44,305 nt of DNA from a virus. The DNA lies in IMG/VR virus record IMGVR_UViG_3300037200_000146, positions 1-44,305 of that record, one strand, 5' to 3'. The translations under genes and the position numbers were made by a program. Of this stretch, positions 1-7,023 are shown piece by piece; the first letter of the stretch is position 1; every line of letters begins with the position of its first letter. The notes under the pieces are model-generated. The model saw only the letters and a list, made by a program, of their open reading frames with translations. It searched no databases and had not been told where the DNA came from.

Positions 1-127
1 ATTGTAAACACTAGAAATAACTTTTGAGGTTGTGAGAATTCCGCCAGTGTCAGTTAAGCCATCTTCCCCATCGAAAACCCATGAGCCAATTTGAGCGCTG
101 TAATTACTCACGTCTAAAGCGAGATCA
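1..127. repeat. Terminal direct repeat copy 1, identical to 44179..44305 (circular-closure overlap)
   Basis: attgtaaacactagaaataac...cgtctaaagcgagatca is present at both ends; compared base by base. Confidence 0.95.
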
Positions 128-798
128 GAGCCGTCCCCCACGATTCCAAGAGAAGCTAAACCACTATAACCGTGCACCGCGACCTGGTTACTAGCGTTCA
201 AAGTGTCTGTGTAAATATTTCCACCGGAATCTGATAGAACATCTCCCCCATCAAAAGACCAGCCTCCGAAATAAGCGCTACCATTTCCATTGATCGCCCA
301 GGTTGCAGAGTTTGGGCTAAGAACAGGATTCGGGGTTCCATCATTTCCACCTTCGATGCTAAGATTATTTGAGCCAACGCCAAAAATTGCATTCCCGGCT
401 GAATCGTCTAGCGTATTATTCAAGGTCTGCACGCTTCCGTTGTAGGATACCGAGAGTGACGGTGTAGATGAGCTGATCCCTTGAGAGAACACATCCAAAG
501 GATCGGTCATGTTCGCCAAGCCGTTTATAATCACATTATTGGTAACAGCTAAGGCACCCGGATCAGTGAGCGTTGTGCCGTCCCAAGTGCCGAATCCACC
601 AAAAGCCCCTGAATTGTTGAACTGTATGGAGCCAGAAGAACCTCCTGGGGTGACAGGGGTCCCACCGCTTACAAGGCAGCTTTGTCCTGGGACATTATAA
701 ATTCCAGAGCTACATGAAGATTTAAAAATAACTGGAGGATAAAGAGTTTGAGCTGATACAAACCCCGAGAAAAGAAAGCCTAAAAGTATTTTCTTCAT
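1..798 (-). CDS. N-terminal part of a junction-spanning gene: secreted, tail-fibre-like Gly/Ser/Asn-rich protein (continues 44178..43690; about 428 aa in total)
   Basis: ATG at 798..796. I checked every plus-strand triplet from 1 to 798 and found no TTA/CTA/TCA, so the minus frame is open. It is in frame with ORF 43690..44289 through the overlap. N-terminus MKKILLGFLFSGFVSAQ looks like a Sec signal peptide. Contains IQFNNSGAFGGFGTWDG. Confidence 0.7.
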   Translation of the reverse strand, partial: MKKILLGFLFSGFVSAQTLYPPVIFKSSCSSGIYNVPGQSCLVSGGTPVTPGGSSGSIQFNNSGAFGGFGTWDGTTLTDPGALAVTNNVIINGLANMTDPLDVFSQGISSSTPSLSVSYNGSVQTLNNTLDDSAGNAIFGVGSNNLSIEGGNDGTPNPVLSPNSATWAINGNGSAYFGGWSFDGGDVLSDSGGNIYTDTLNASNQVAVHGYSGLASLGIVGDGSDLALDVSNYSAQIGSWVFDGEDGLTDTGGILTTSKVISSVYN

Positions 799-804
799 AA
801 TGAT

Positions 805-1149
805 TTATGGAAACAAATTCATATCCAATTCGCCTGAATTAGCCGTGGCGCTAACAGCACGAATAGAAACCCTAACTCCGGCGTTTAAGGATCTAGGAAA
901 ACATCCCCCTCCTGCTGGAAGCAAGAGATACCTTACCTCATTTCCAGCACTCCCGACTCCGATTTCCATGGTTTGACCGCTTGAATCGGCCGCACAAAGA
1001 TTTCCAACCGTATACGTGGTTGAAGCAAAAATTTGAACCCAAGAACTCGTTCCAACGTTTGTGCTTGAATAAACGATTCTGTCAGTGAGAGTTGGAATGG
1101 TTTGGGCAAAAGCTGTGGTTGAAATTAGAAAAAAGAGATATTTTATCAT
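805..1149 (-). CDS. Small secreted protein, unknown function
   Basis: 114-aa ORF with signal-peptide-like N-terminus MIKYLFFLISTTAFAQ. No domain recognised. Confidence 0.55.
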   Translation of the reverse strand: MIKYLFFLISTTAFAQTIPTLTDRIVYSSTNVGTSSWVQIFASTTYTVGNLCAADSSGQTMEIGVGSAGNEVRYLLLPAGGGCFPRSLNAGVRVSIRAVSATANSGELDMNLFP

Positions 1150-1213
1150 TTACCCTTAAGGGTAACTTAAAACCTCAGGAATTCAATGCGCATAAATTGC
1201 CGTGCGCGGCGCG

Positions 1214-1762
1214 CTATAATTCGCCAACAACAATATCTAAAAGGTCGGGCAAGGAAACCGGATAGAAGTCCCAGATATCGACCCCCACATTTATCATCCT
1301 ATCCTTTTGTTTCCAGTGCTGATGAACATGGCCATGAAAAAGCCAATCCCCTTCATCTTTTAGTCTATGTTCAAAATGGCGTTCATCGGCCTCAAAACCT
1401 GCATAAGGGAAGTGAGAAAGGTTAAAATTTCCAAACTTCATACTATGAACGGTTCCAAACTTCATACTATGAACGGCCGTTTTAAATCCAAGTTTTAGCC
1501 ATTTTTCAGCCCTGTTAACCACGTCATGATTTCCAATTATTAGATGCTTTTCGCCGTTCAGTCTTTCAATTATGGCCCTAGCTTTTGTGGTCCCACCAAA
1601 AATAACATCCCCCAAAAAATACACAGTATCGTCTTGTGAAACCACCTTGTTGTAATTTGATATAAGGGTTTCGTTCATTTCCTCAACAGATGAGAATGGT
1701 CGGTTGCAATATTTAATGACGTTTTTATGCCAATAATGAGTATCGGACGTGAACCAAATCAT
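1214..1762 (-). CDS. Calcineurin-like metallophosphoesterase
   Basis: Motifs FTSDTHYWH, LGDVIFGG, IIGNHD and FHGHVHQH, in the usual MPP order. Confidence 0.85.
   Translation of the reverse strand: MIWFTSDTHYWHKNVIKYCNRPFSSVEEMNETLISNYNKVVSQDDTVYFLGDVIFGGTTKARAIIERLNGEKHLIIGNHDVVNRAEKWLKLGFKTAVHSMKFGTVHSMKFGNFNLSHFPYAGFEADERHFEHRLKDEGDWLFHGHVHQHWKQKDRMINVGVDIWDFYPVSLPDLLDIVVGEL
1429..1476. repeat. Perfect 24-bp tandem duplication, in frame within the phosphoesterase
   Basis: ttccaaacttcatactatgaacgg occurs twice; protein reads VHSMKFG-VHSMKFG. Confidence 0.95.
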
Positions 1763-1829
1763 GATAGCCTTTTCTTAGGTTTTGGTCTTCGAATAGTGAT
1801 CACCTTACTATAATCAGGTTTTTGATAGC

Positions 1830-2054
1830 TCATCCCAGCTCGCCTAGCTTTCGATACACGGAATCGAGGGTTTCACGAGCAGCCCTTCCATGCTGACCAT
1901 ACATAGCTTCATTACCGTAACCTTCCAAAGCCCCGATCATCTCTCGCACGATGGCTGCTAAGGAGTCGATTAAGGCTTCTCTTTCACTGTTTCCGTATGA
2001 AGTGCCACATATTTCATCCAATTTCTCCATGGCTTTGGTTTTCGGCGTGGTCAT
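1830..2054 (-). CDS. Hypothetical protein
   Basis: 74-aa ORF with an ATGA overlap to the upstream gene. Its first codons (TPKTKAME) lie in the 25-bp repeat. An alternative start is the ATG at 2030. Confidence 0.5.
   Translation of the reverse strand: MTTPKTKAMEKLDEICGTSYGNSEREALIDSLAAIVREMIGALEGYGNEAMYGQHGRAARETLDSVYRKLGELG
2024..2048. repeat. 25-bp perfect direct repeat, right-hand partner at 3271..3295
   Basis: tctccatggctttggttttcggcgt at both sites, bracketing the HNH + cargo cassette. Confidence 0.9.
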
Positions 2055-2752
2055 TTACATTCCTTCAAAAGCCGAAGAAGTTCATTGGCAAATTTTTCAT
2101 AGACGTAGGCGGCGGCGGAGACGGCGGCGACGGCGGCGTAGGCGGCGGCGGCGGCGGAGGCGACGGTGTAGGCGGTGGCGGCGGCGGAGACGGCGGCGGC
2201 GGCGGCGTAGGCGGCGGCGGCGGCGGAGGCGACGGTGTAGGCGACGGTGTAGGCGACGGTGTAGGCGGTGGCGGCGGCGGAGACGGCGGCGGCGGCGGAG
2301 GCGGCGGCGTAGGGTTCAAAATCTTTGGCTGGAGCCTTTCTTTCAATTAACGCGATAACATCTTGAATGTTTTTCTTAATTTCTGGATATTTTTCATGAT
2401 CAAAAGTATCTAAGGTGCTTTTTAAAACAAAGATGATGAACGGGTCTTTAATCCTTTCAAGATCAACACCTATATGAATGCAGTTTAAGAATTCTGAAGG
2501 CCAAACCCTCGCTCGCTCTAACGGTAGTCCCTCAAAAATATTGTCTTCAACTCTTGCCAGCCATTCAGGAATTCCAAGCTCAGTTTCATAATTTTTGTGA
2601 TTAGAGCCATGAATAGTGCAGCCCACTCCGCATCCACGCCCATCTTCCCAATACTTCCCTTTAATTATTTCATCGTTTTCAATATGCCCCAATACTCTGT
2701 TAACGTAGAAAGTCTTTACTTCTAATTTTCCATTAAAAGAAATTAAACCCAC
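2051..2752 (-). CDS. Hypothetical protein with an Ala-rich low-complexity C-terminal region
   Basis: GTG start 6 nt after GGAGGG. N-terminus MGLISFNGKLEVKTFYVNRVLGHI is paralogous to the N-terminus of the adjacent HNH gene. The AAAxSAAATAYTVA repeats are encoded by the GGC-rich tract. Confidence 0.6.
   Translation of the reverse strand: MGLISFNGKLEVKTFYVNRVLGHIENDEIIKGKYWEDGRGCGVGCTIHGSNHKNYETELGIPEWLARVEDNIFEGLPLERARVWPSEFLNCIHIGVDLERIKDPFIIFVLKSTLDTFDHEKYPEIKKNIQDVIALIERKAPAKDFEPYAAASAAAAVSAAATAYTVAYTVAYTVASAAAAAYAAAAAVSAAATAYTVASAAAAAYAAVAAVSAAAYVYEKFANELLRLLKECK
2103..2313. repeat. GGC/GCC-rich complex microsatellite; several frames on both strands (poly-R and poly-G on plus, Ala-rich and poly-P on minus) are stop-free here
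   Basis: (ggc)n runs interspersed with gtaggc, ggagac and gacggtgtaggc units. The ORF track shows poly-R, poly-G, poly-P and poly-A readings of the same DNA. Confidence 0.9.
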
Positions 2753-3264
2753 AATTCCCTCCGTATCACTTTAGCAACAAGCGATTTACTGATTTTGAAA
2801 TGAGTAGCCAGTGCCGTATAAGACCATCCAGTAGCATGTTGGGATCTAATGTCTTTTGCTATTTTTTGATTTATTTTAGCAGCAGGATTCTCAGTACCAC
2901 CATATGATCGTCGATTTTTGCTGTTTTCTTTATGAGAGACCACTCTTAAGTTTTCAATACGGTTGTCTATTTTAATCCGATTTATATGATCTAAAATGTG
3001 CCCATTGGGGATTATTTTCCCGGCAGCTAGCCAAACGACTTGATGAGCCTTTACTTGTTTTCTTCTTCCATTTAAATGAACGGTGCCGACTATGTATCCT
3101 CTAGCCGATTTGCATTTCATTGGTCCTCGTCTAGTAAACACATTGCCAGTTTTTATGTCAGCACGAAGACTCCCATTTTTTAATGCCCCAATAATATGTG
3201 CAAGCACTCGATTCACATATTTAGTCTTAACTTTGAGATCATTGTTAAACGATAGCAAACTCAT
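2743..3264 (-). CDS. Free-standing HNH homing endonuclease with a C-terminal HTH
   Basis: GYIVGTVHLNGRRKQVKAHQVVWLAAGKIIPNGHILDHINRIKIDNRIENLRVVSHKENSKN is an HNH_3-type pattern. The tail GWSYTALATHFKISKSLVAKVI is HTH-like. Confidence 0.85.
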   Translation of the reverse strand: MSLLSFNNDLKVKTKYVNRVLAHIIGALKNGSLRADIKTGNVFTRRGPMKCKSARGYIVGTVHLNGRRKQVKAHQVVWLAAGKIIPNGHILDHINRIKIDNRIENLRVVSHKENSKNRRSYGGTENPAAKINQKIAKDIRSQHATGWSYTALATHFKISKSLVAKVIRRELWV

Positions 3265-3270
3265 TTTTTC

Positions 3271-3295
3271 TCTCCATGGCTTTGGTTTTCGGCGT
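3271..3295. repeat. 25-bp perfect direct repeat, partner of 2024..2048
   Basis: Identical string, located between the stop at 3301 and the HNH start at 3264. Confidence 0.9.
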
Positions 3296-3300
3296 AGAAA

Positions 3301-3486
3301 TCAATTTAGATTCCTTTTTAAAAGCCATTCCACATACTTTCGGCCTTCCCCGGTTAGCCTATATAACGGTTCACCGTTCTTAAAGCCTACAACTTCCATA
3401 TGACCCAATTCGATACATTCTAGAATGCCTTCTTCAGCATCTTGCTCAGTAAGTTCATCATCCAAGAAATCCTTTTTAGAGTTCAT
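3301..3486 (-). CDS. Hypothetical small acidic protein
   Basis: Start taken at MNSKKDF (ATG 3486), which forms an ATGA overlap with the upstream stop. The ORF track extends it to 3546. Confidence 0.5.
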   Translation of the reverse strand: MNSKKDFLDDELTEQDAEEGILECIELGHMEVVGFKNGEPLYRLTGEGRKYVEWLLKRNLN

Positions 3487-3689
3487 ATCGTCTCCGATGG
3501 AAACGCGGCAAGAGCTTCTTTGAGCGGACCGGAAAGCATCCCGCACCTATCGCGCTCCCACTCCAAAGCAGGTTTCGCGTGCAACAAAGCCCAGCGAGCG
3601 ATGGGAACACAGCGTAGGAGATCCTTGTCATGAATCTCAAGGAAAAATCTTTCGAGTTCATCTAGGTCGTCTAATGTCGCTTCAGTCAT
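3483..3689 (-). CDS. Hypothetical protein (MTEATLDDLDELERFF...)
   Basis: ATG at 3689 preceded by GGAGGA. Same frame as track ORF 3483..3902, whose TTG-initiated extension contains (TA)18. Confidence 0.55.
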   Translation of the reverse strand: MTEATLDDLDELERFFLEIHDKDLLRCVPIARWALLHAKPALEWERDRCGMLSGPLKEALAAFPSETI

Positions 3690-3765
3690 GTGATTCCTCC
3701 ATAGGCTTGTCGATAAGCGCGAGGGCTTCGGCTGCCATCTTGGGCTCATTGCCATTCTGGTCATG

Positions 3766-3906
3766 CTAATAGCCGTCGCCGTCGCCGTAGCCGTAGCCGT
3801 TGCCGTCGCCGTAGCCGTTGCCGTCGCCGTAGCCGTAGCCGTCGCCGTAGCCGTTGCCGTCGCCGTAGCCGTTGCCGTGACTATTTTGGGATTCGTCCCC
3901 AATCAT
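3766..3906 (-). CDS. Candidate 46-aa Gly-Tyr/Asn/Asp repeat peptide (alternative reading of the hexamer repeat)
   Basis: ATG at 3906 overlaps the upstream stop as TAATG. Reads MIGDESQNSHGNGYGDGNGYGDGYGYGDGNGYGDGNGYGYGDGDGY, then TAG. It is below the ORF-track length cutoff. Confidence 0.3.
   Translation of the reverse strand: MIGDESQNSHGNGYGDGNGYGDGYGYGDGNGYGDGNGYGYGDGDGY
3772..3879. repeat. 18 tandem hexamers GCCGTN
   Basis: Counted 18 units. Only the sixth base varies (c/a/t/g). The minus strand reads either (Thr-Ala)18 or Gly-[Asn/Tyr/Asp/His] repeats, depending on frame. Confidence 0.95.
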
Positions 3907-4250
3907 TATTTCAGATACTTTTCCCATTTGGCCTCATTGCATTTAATTGAACCGATAACTGTCAATTCGTGGAATGAAACTTCGGGAACAGTATCAAGCT
4001 TTGTGTTTGATGTAGGGCCGCTTTCGGCAATTTCGCCAAGTCCCTTTGACGTTCCCCACACGCGAATGGTCGCAGCGTTATTAAGCCTCATTGAGCTTCC
4101 CTTTTTAGTTAGGGTTCCAACAAATATCCACCCACGCTGAAGAATCACTATCTGCGTGCCCAAATCTTCAATGCAGCAGCTCGATTCATTGCCCTGAAAG
4201 AGGCTTTTTAACTGTTTAATTTCACCCAAAGTTAGGTCGTCTAGTTTCAT
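3906..4250 (-). CDS. Hypothetical protein
   Basis: 114-aa ORF, translationally coupled to its neighbours. Confidence 0.55.
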   Translation of the reverse strand: MKLDDLTLGEIKQLKSLFQGNESSCCIEDLGTQIVILQRGWIFVGTLTKKGSSMRLNNAATIRVWGTSKGLGEIAESGPTSNTKLDTVPEVSFHELTVIGSIKCNEAKWEKYLK

Positions 4251-4621
4251 GTTTTCTCCTTATTAGTTTCCTCAAACATCTTCTCGATTTTAGCGAGAGT
4301 ATTTTCTGCTTTAGAACAACTCGCGGAAGTCTCGACAAAGTATTCCAAAGCCCCCATCGCCTCCCGCATTGCCTCGCAGAGCTTTAACACGGTGGAGGGG
4401 TCAGCATTGGCGATATGTTCAGCGTTTTTTGTCCACGTAATTATGCCATCCGCCGAATCGGTGTGAGTCGGTAATCCCGTTATGCCATCGCCTTTTATTG
4501 GGTCCTTAATGAGCTGCCAAACTTTTGCAAACTTTTGCCTGTGCCTAACAACCCAAGGTCCGGGACAAGCGGCTTTCGCGGATGCCTCCAGGCGCGATAG
4601 GGTTTCGGTGAGGGTTTTCAT
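4247..4621 (-). CDS. Ead/Ea22-like protein (tentative)
   Basis: Contains CPGPW ... NAEHIANADPSTVLKLCEAM, which resembles the Ea22-family pattern. Confidence 0.4.
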   Translation of the reverse strand: MKTLTETLSRLEASAKAACPGPWVVRHRQKFAKVWQLIKDPIKGDGITGLPTHTDSADGIITWTKNAEHIANADPSTVLKLCEAMREAMGALEYFVETSASCSKAENTLAKIEKMFEETNKEKT

Positions 4622-5238
4622 TTCTCTTCACCGAGGATTCTGGCTTCGGCGGCTTTAAATCCTTGTTCATATCCGACAAGATAAGTATGCCTCGCGATGT
4701 TGTGAGCTTGATCTCCGGTCACGGTTACTGGGATTTCATAAGAGGTTTCCCATGATTTATTAAAGGCAGTGTACGCCGCACGCGATTGTTCCAGCATTTG
4801 CTCTGTAGCCATCCTCGATGCGGTGACGGGACGGATTCGATCTCGAAGCCAGCGGGAACATGCCCAAAATCCACAATCCCAAGCCCATTCTTTTGGATGC
4901 GATTGAGTCGGCTGATTATGGCATTGGGCTTTTATTTCCTCCTCGCTCGGCATCGTGAATGAGGCGGGCTTAGTGGAAATAGCCACAAGCTGGCTCCAAT
5001 TGGACTCGAGCTGTTGCTCCATGACAGAGCGAACCTCTTTTGAGCAAGCCTGTATATGGGAAAACTGACTCATATAAGCTTTTTTAGTGATCGTGATAGT
5101 CTCCAAATCCAGCCCATCCCTGTCAAACTCAACGCCCGAATGCTCAGCGGTCGCGGAGAAAGCGACCTGTTCCTGAATCTTTTTTATAGTTTCCTTTGAT
5201 GATTCAACGAAAGCTTTGCCCCGCTCATCGTCACTCAT
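4618..5238 (-). CDS. Hypothetical protein
   Basis: Start taken at MSDDERGK (ATG 5238, ATGA overlap with the upstream stop). The track ORF extends to 5265. Confidence 0.55.
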   Translation of the reverse strand: MSDDERGKAFVESSKETIKKIQEQVAFSATAEHSGVEFDRDGLDLETITITKKAYMSQFSHIQACSKEVRSVMEQQLESNWSQLVAISTKPASFTMPSEEEIKAQCHNQPTQSHPKEWAWDCGFWACSRWLRDRIRPVTASRMATEQMLEQSRAAYTAFNKSWETSYEIPVTVTGDQAHNIARHTYLVGYEQGFKAAEARILGEEK

Positions 5239-5528
5239 CTCGAAGCCTCCACAAGTTTCTTCCAAAGCTCACCGAACTCATCATCGTAAATACATTGGGC
5301 AGAATTACCCGAGAATCTTGTGAGGATGTTTTTCAGGTCCAGGCGAGTAATTGTGATTTCTTCGGGTTCAGCGGGCTCTATTTTGAATCCGAGATGTTCA
5401 AAACAGTAAGTAACTATTTCATAATTCGAGACGACAACTCTATCGCAAAGATATTTTTCGGTCTCATCGACCCATGGAAACGGTCCATATTTTATTCCGC
5501 AAGAATGGACCAAAAACACTTGCTTCAC
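5235..5528 (-). CDS. Hypothetical protein
   Basis: 97-aa ORF in an operon-like array. Confidence 0.5.
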   Translation of the reverse strand: MKQVFLVHSCGIKYGPFPWVDETEKYLCDRVVVSNYEIVTYCFEHLGFKIEPAEPEEITITRLDLKNILTRFSGNSAQCIYDDEFGELWKKLVEASR

Positions 5529-5614
5529 GATTCTCCTTTAAAATCCCAAGAGCGAACCCCGCACCATGCGGTTTAGAACCGAACAGGAGGACAAGGAATA
5601 ACCACCTGCGCAGC

Positions 5615-6013
5615 TCACGGCTCACCCTTGGAACGTTCACGATCCAATTCTTCCATGAGAGATTTTGCAACATTGACAGCTTCTTTTGCTGTGAATTTGT
5701 GGCCTGCCATCAATTGAGAAGCCATCCATTCGAGTTTCGTGAGGCCTCCCGAGATGGGAGGCAACGAATTTGCTCGATACGCGCCCTCCTTCTCGCCGAG
5801 GATTCGGGCTTCATCTATGCTGACTTTCATAATCAACCCACAAATTTTTTCAGTCTGGGCTTTGGTATCATCTTGGACTTGTCGAAGTGCTTTTAAGATA
5901 AACCCCGATAGGTTTTTAAAAAATCTGTGGTCTACCACTTCTTTAATGGATTTATAGCCATAAGCCTTAAGTGCAGTTTGAAGCGCGAGGGTTTCTAACT
6001 CTTGGAGGGTCAT
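5615..6013 (-). CDS. Hypothetical protein
   Basis: 132-aa ORF. Confidence 0.5.
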   Translation of the reverse strand: MTLQELETLALQTALKAYGYKSIKEVVDHRFFKNLSGFILKALRQVQDDTKAQTEKICGLIMKVSIDEARILGEKEGAYRANSLPPISGGLTKLEWMASQLMAGHKFTAKEAVNVAKSLMEELDRERSKGEP

Positions 6014-6240
6014 CTTTCCTTATCCATGGATATTGATTCCGATTTATCAGCCAAGGTCGCGGCCGCATAAGCCTCTTTTATGCCAGCCTCAAAGAAGTAT
6101 GCCACGACAAGAAGAAGGGCCTGGCGCTCTATACCAGGTCTTCCTTCAACCGCCTTCCAAACGGCAGTTGATTCCATATAACTCATGAACTTTAAAAATC
6201 CTGGATGATTTTCAGACATTTCATCGAATTTATATTTCAT
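6010..6240 (-). CDS. Hypothetical protein
   Basis: 76-aa ORF with 4-nt overlaps on both sides. Confidence 0.5.
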   Translation of the reverse strand: MKYKFDEMSENHPGFLKFMSYMESTAVWKAVEGRPGIERQALLLVVAYFFEAGIKEAYAAATLADKSESISMDKER

Positions 6241-6566
6241 GCGGCTATTTTAAGGGACTCAACTCCTAAAACCTCTTCGATTTTCTTTAAAACATACCGA
6301 GGAATAGTAAGCGTCTCACCTGGGCGAACAGCATCGGCAAAAACATTTAAGCTTTTAACCGATGGGATCTTTCCGTCAAAACGCGCATAAGCCATGACTC
6401 CGTTTGAGGATAAGACTTTTGCTTTTGTTAGTTTTGTATTGAAGAAAATCCCCATAGATCCAGGAGCTAGAGCCTCGATTTTTACCCCGGCCTTAGAGGC
6501 AATCCGCGATAATCCGTCGTGCCCACATCTTAAGTCACTATCAACAAAGCAATGCATCATTTTCAT
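6237..6566 (-). CDS. IS66 Orf2 (TnpB-accessory)-like protein
   Basis: VDSDLRCGHDGLSRIA...GSMGIFFNTKLTKAKVLSSNGVMAYARFDGKI parallels the IS66 Orf2 pattern DMRkGfDGL...lFvF.n.r.d.lKvL. Confidence 0.5.
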   Translation of the reverse strand: MKMMHCFVDSDLRCGHDGLSRIASKAGVKIEALAPGSMGIFFNTKLTKAKVLSSNGVMAYARFDGKIPSVKSLNVFADAVRPGETLTIPRYVLKKIEEVLGVESLKIAA

Positions 6567-6829
6567 CGCAGCGCTCCTAACACTTCAGAAAGATTCCTGG
6601 TATTAGTGATGATTACAAAGTCAGTGTGAGTTGTTCCCCCAGGACGGCGAGCGGTGGTCTTTGAAGGGGGTTGATGTATCACAACATTAACGCCCTTTTT
6701 TTTCGCCTGTTTTCTCATTCGATACCGATAAGAATAAAGAGACGATGTTGGAATGCTGTAAGCCTTACAGGCGGCCGTAACCTTCGATCCTCCATTAATC
6801 ATTTCTTTTACTTTTTCATATTTGTTCAT
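6563..6829 (-). CDS. HTH protein resembling IS66 Orf1 / IS3-type transposase N-terminal HTH
   Basis: GGSKVTAACKAYSIPTSSLYSYRYRMRK is HTH_Tnp_1-like. It sits directly upstream of, and overlaps, the Orf2-like gene. Confidence 0.4.
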   Translation of the reverse strand: MNKYEKVKEMINGGSKVTAACKAYSIPTSSLYSYRYRMRKQAKKKGVNVVIHQPPSKTTARRPGGTTHTDFVIITNTRNLSEVLGALR

Positions 6830-7023
6830 TAAATTAATCCTTTCTCTTTTAGAACCGCTTTTATTTGAAACCTAATTTGATGCCATTTGTTTATGTCCAA
6901 TGTTTTATGGAGCCATAATAAATAATCTGGATCATATTCCACGATGTCCTTTAGTTTCTTTCCCTTATAGGCACCAAAATCTAATTCCTCATTCATCGCT
7001 TTATAAACATAAGGCTCAACCAT
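6829..7023 (-). CDS. DUF3820-like small protein (FGKYKGK...DPDYLLWL motif)
   Basis: Contains DFGAYKGKKLKDIVEYDPDYLLWL. Confidence 0.5.
   Translation of the reverse strand: MVEPYVYKAMNEELDFGAYKGKKLKDIVEYDPDYLLWLHKTLDINKWHQIRFQIKAVLKEKGLI

Noticed and set aside
1951-2358. Track ORFs 1951..2358(+), 1997..2350(+) and 2065..2346(-), which encode poly-Arg, poly-Gly and poly-Pro
   Set aside because: They are alternative readings of the GGC microsatellite. Only the minus-strand Ala-rich frame is continuous with normal-looking protein sequence on both sides.
2103-3879. The periodic repeats considered as a CRISPR array or a DGR variable/template pair
   Set aside because: The units are 3-6 nt microsatellites without spacers. 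There are no cas genes, no reverse transcriptase and no second diverged copy of either tract.
3763-4140. Plus-strand ORF with an (Ala-Val)n run
   Set aside because: It is an antisense reading of the hexamer repeat and of a well-supported minus-strand gene, and it has no start context.
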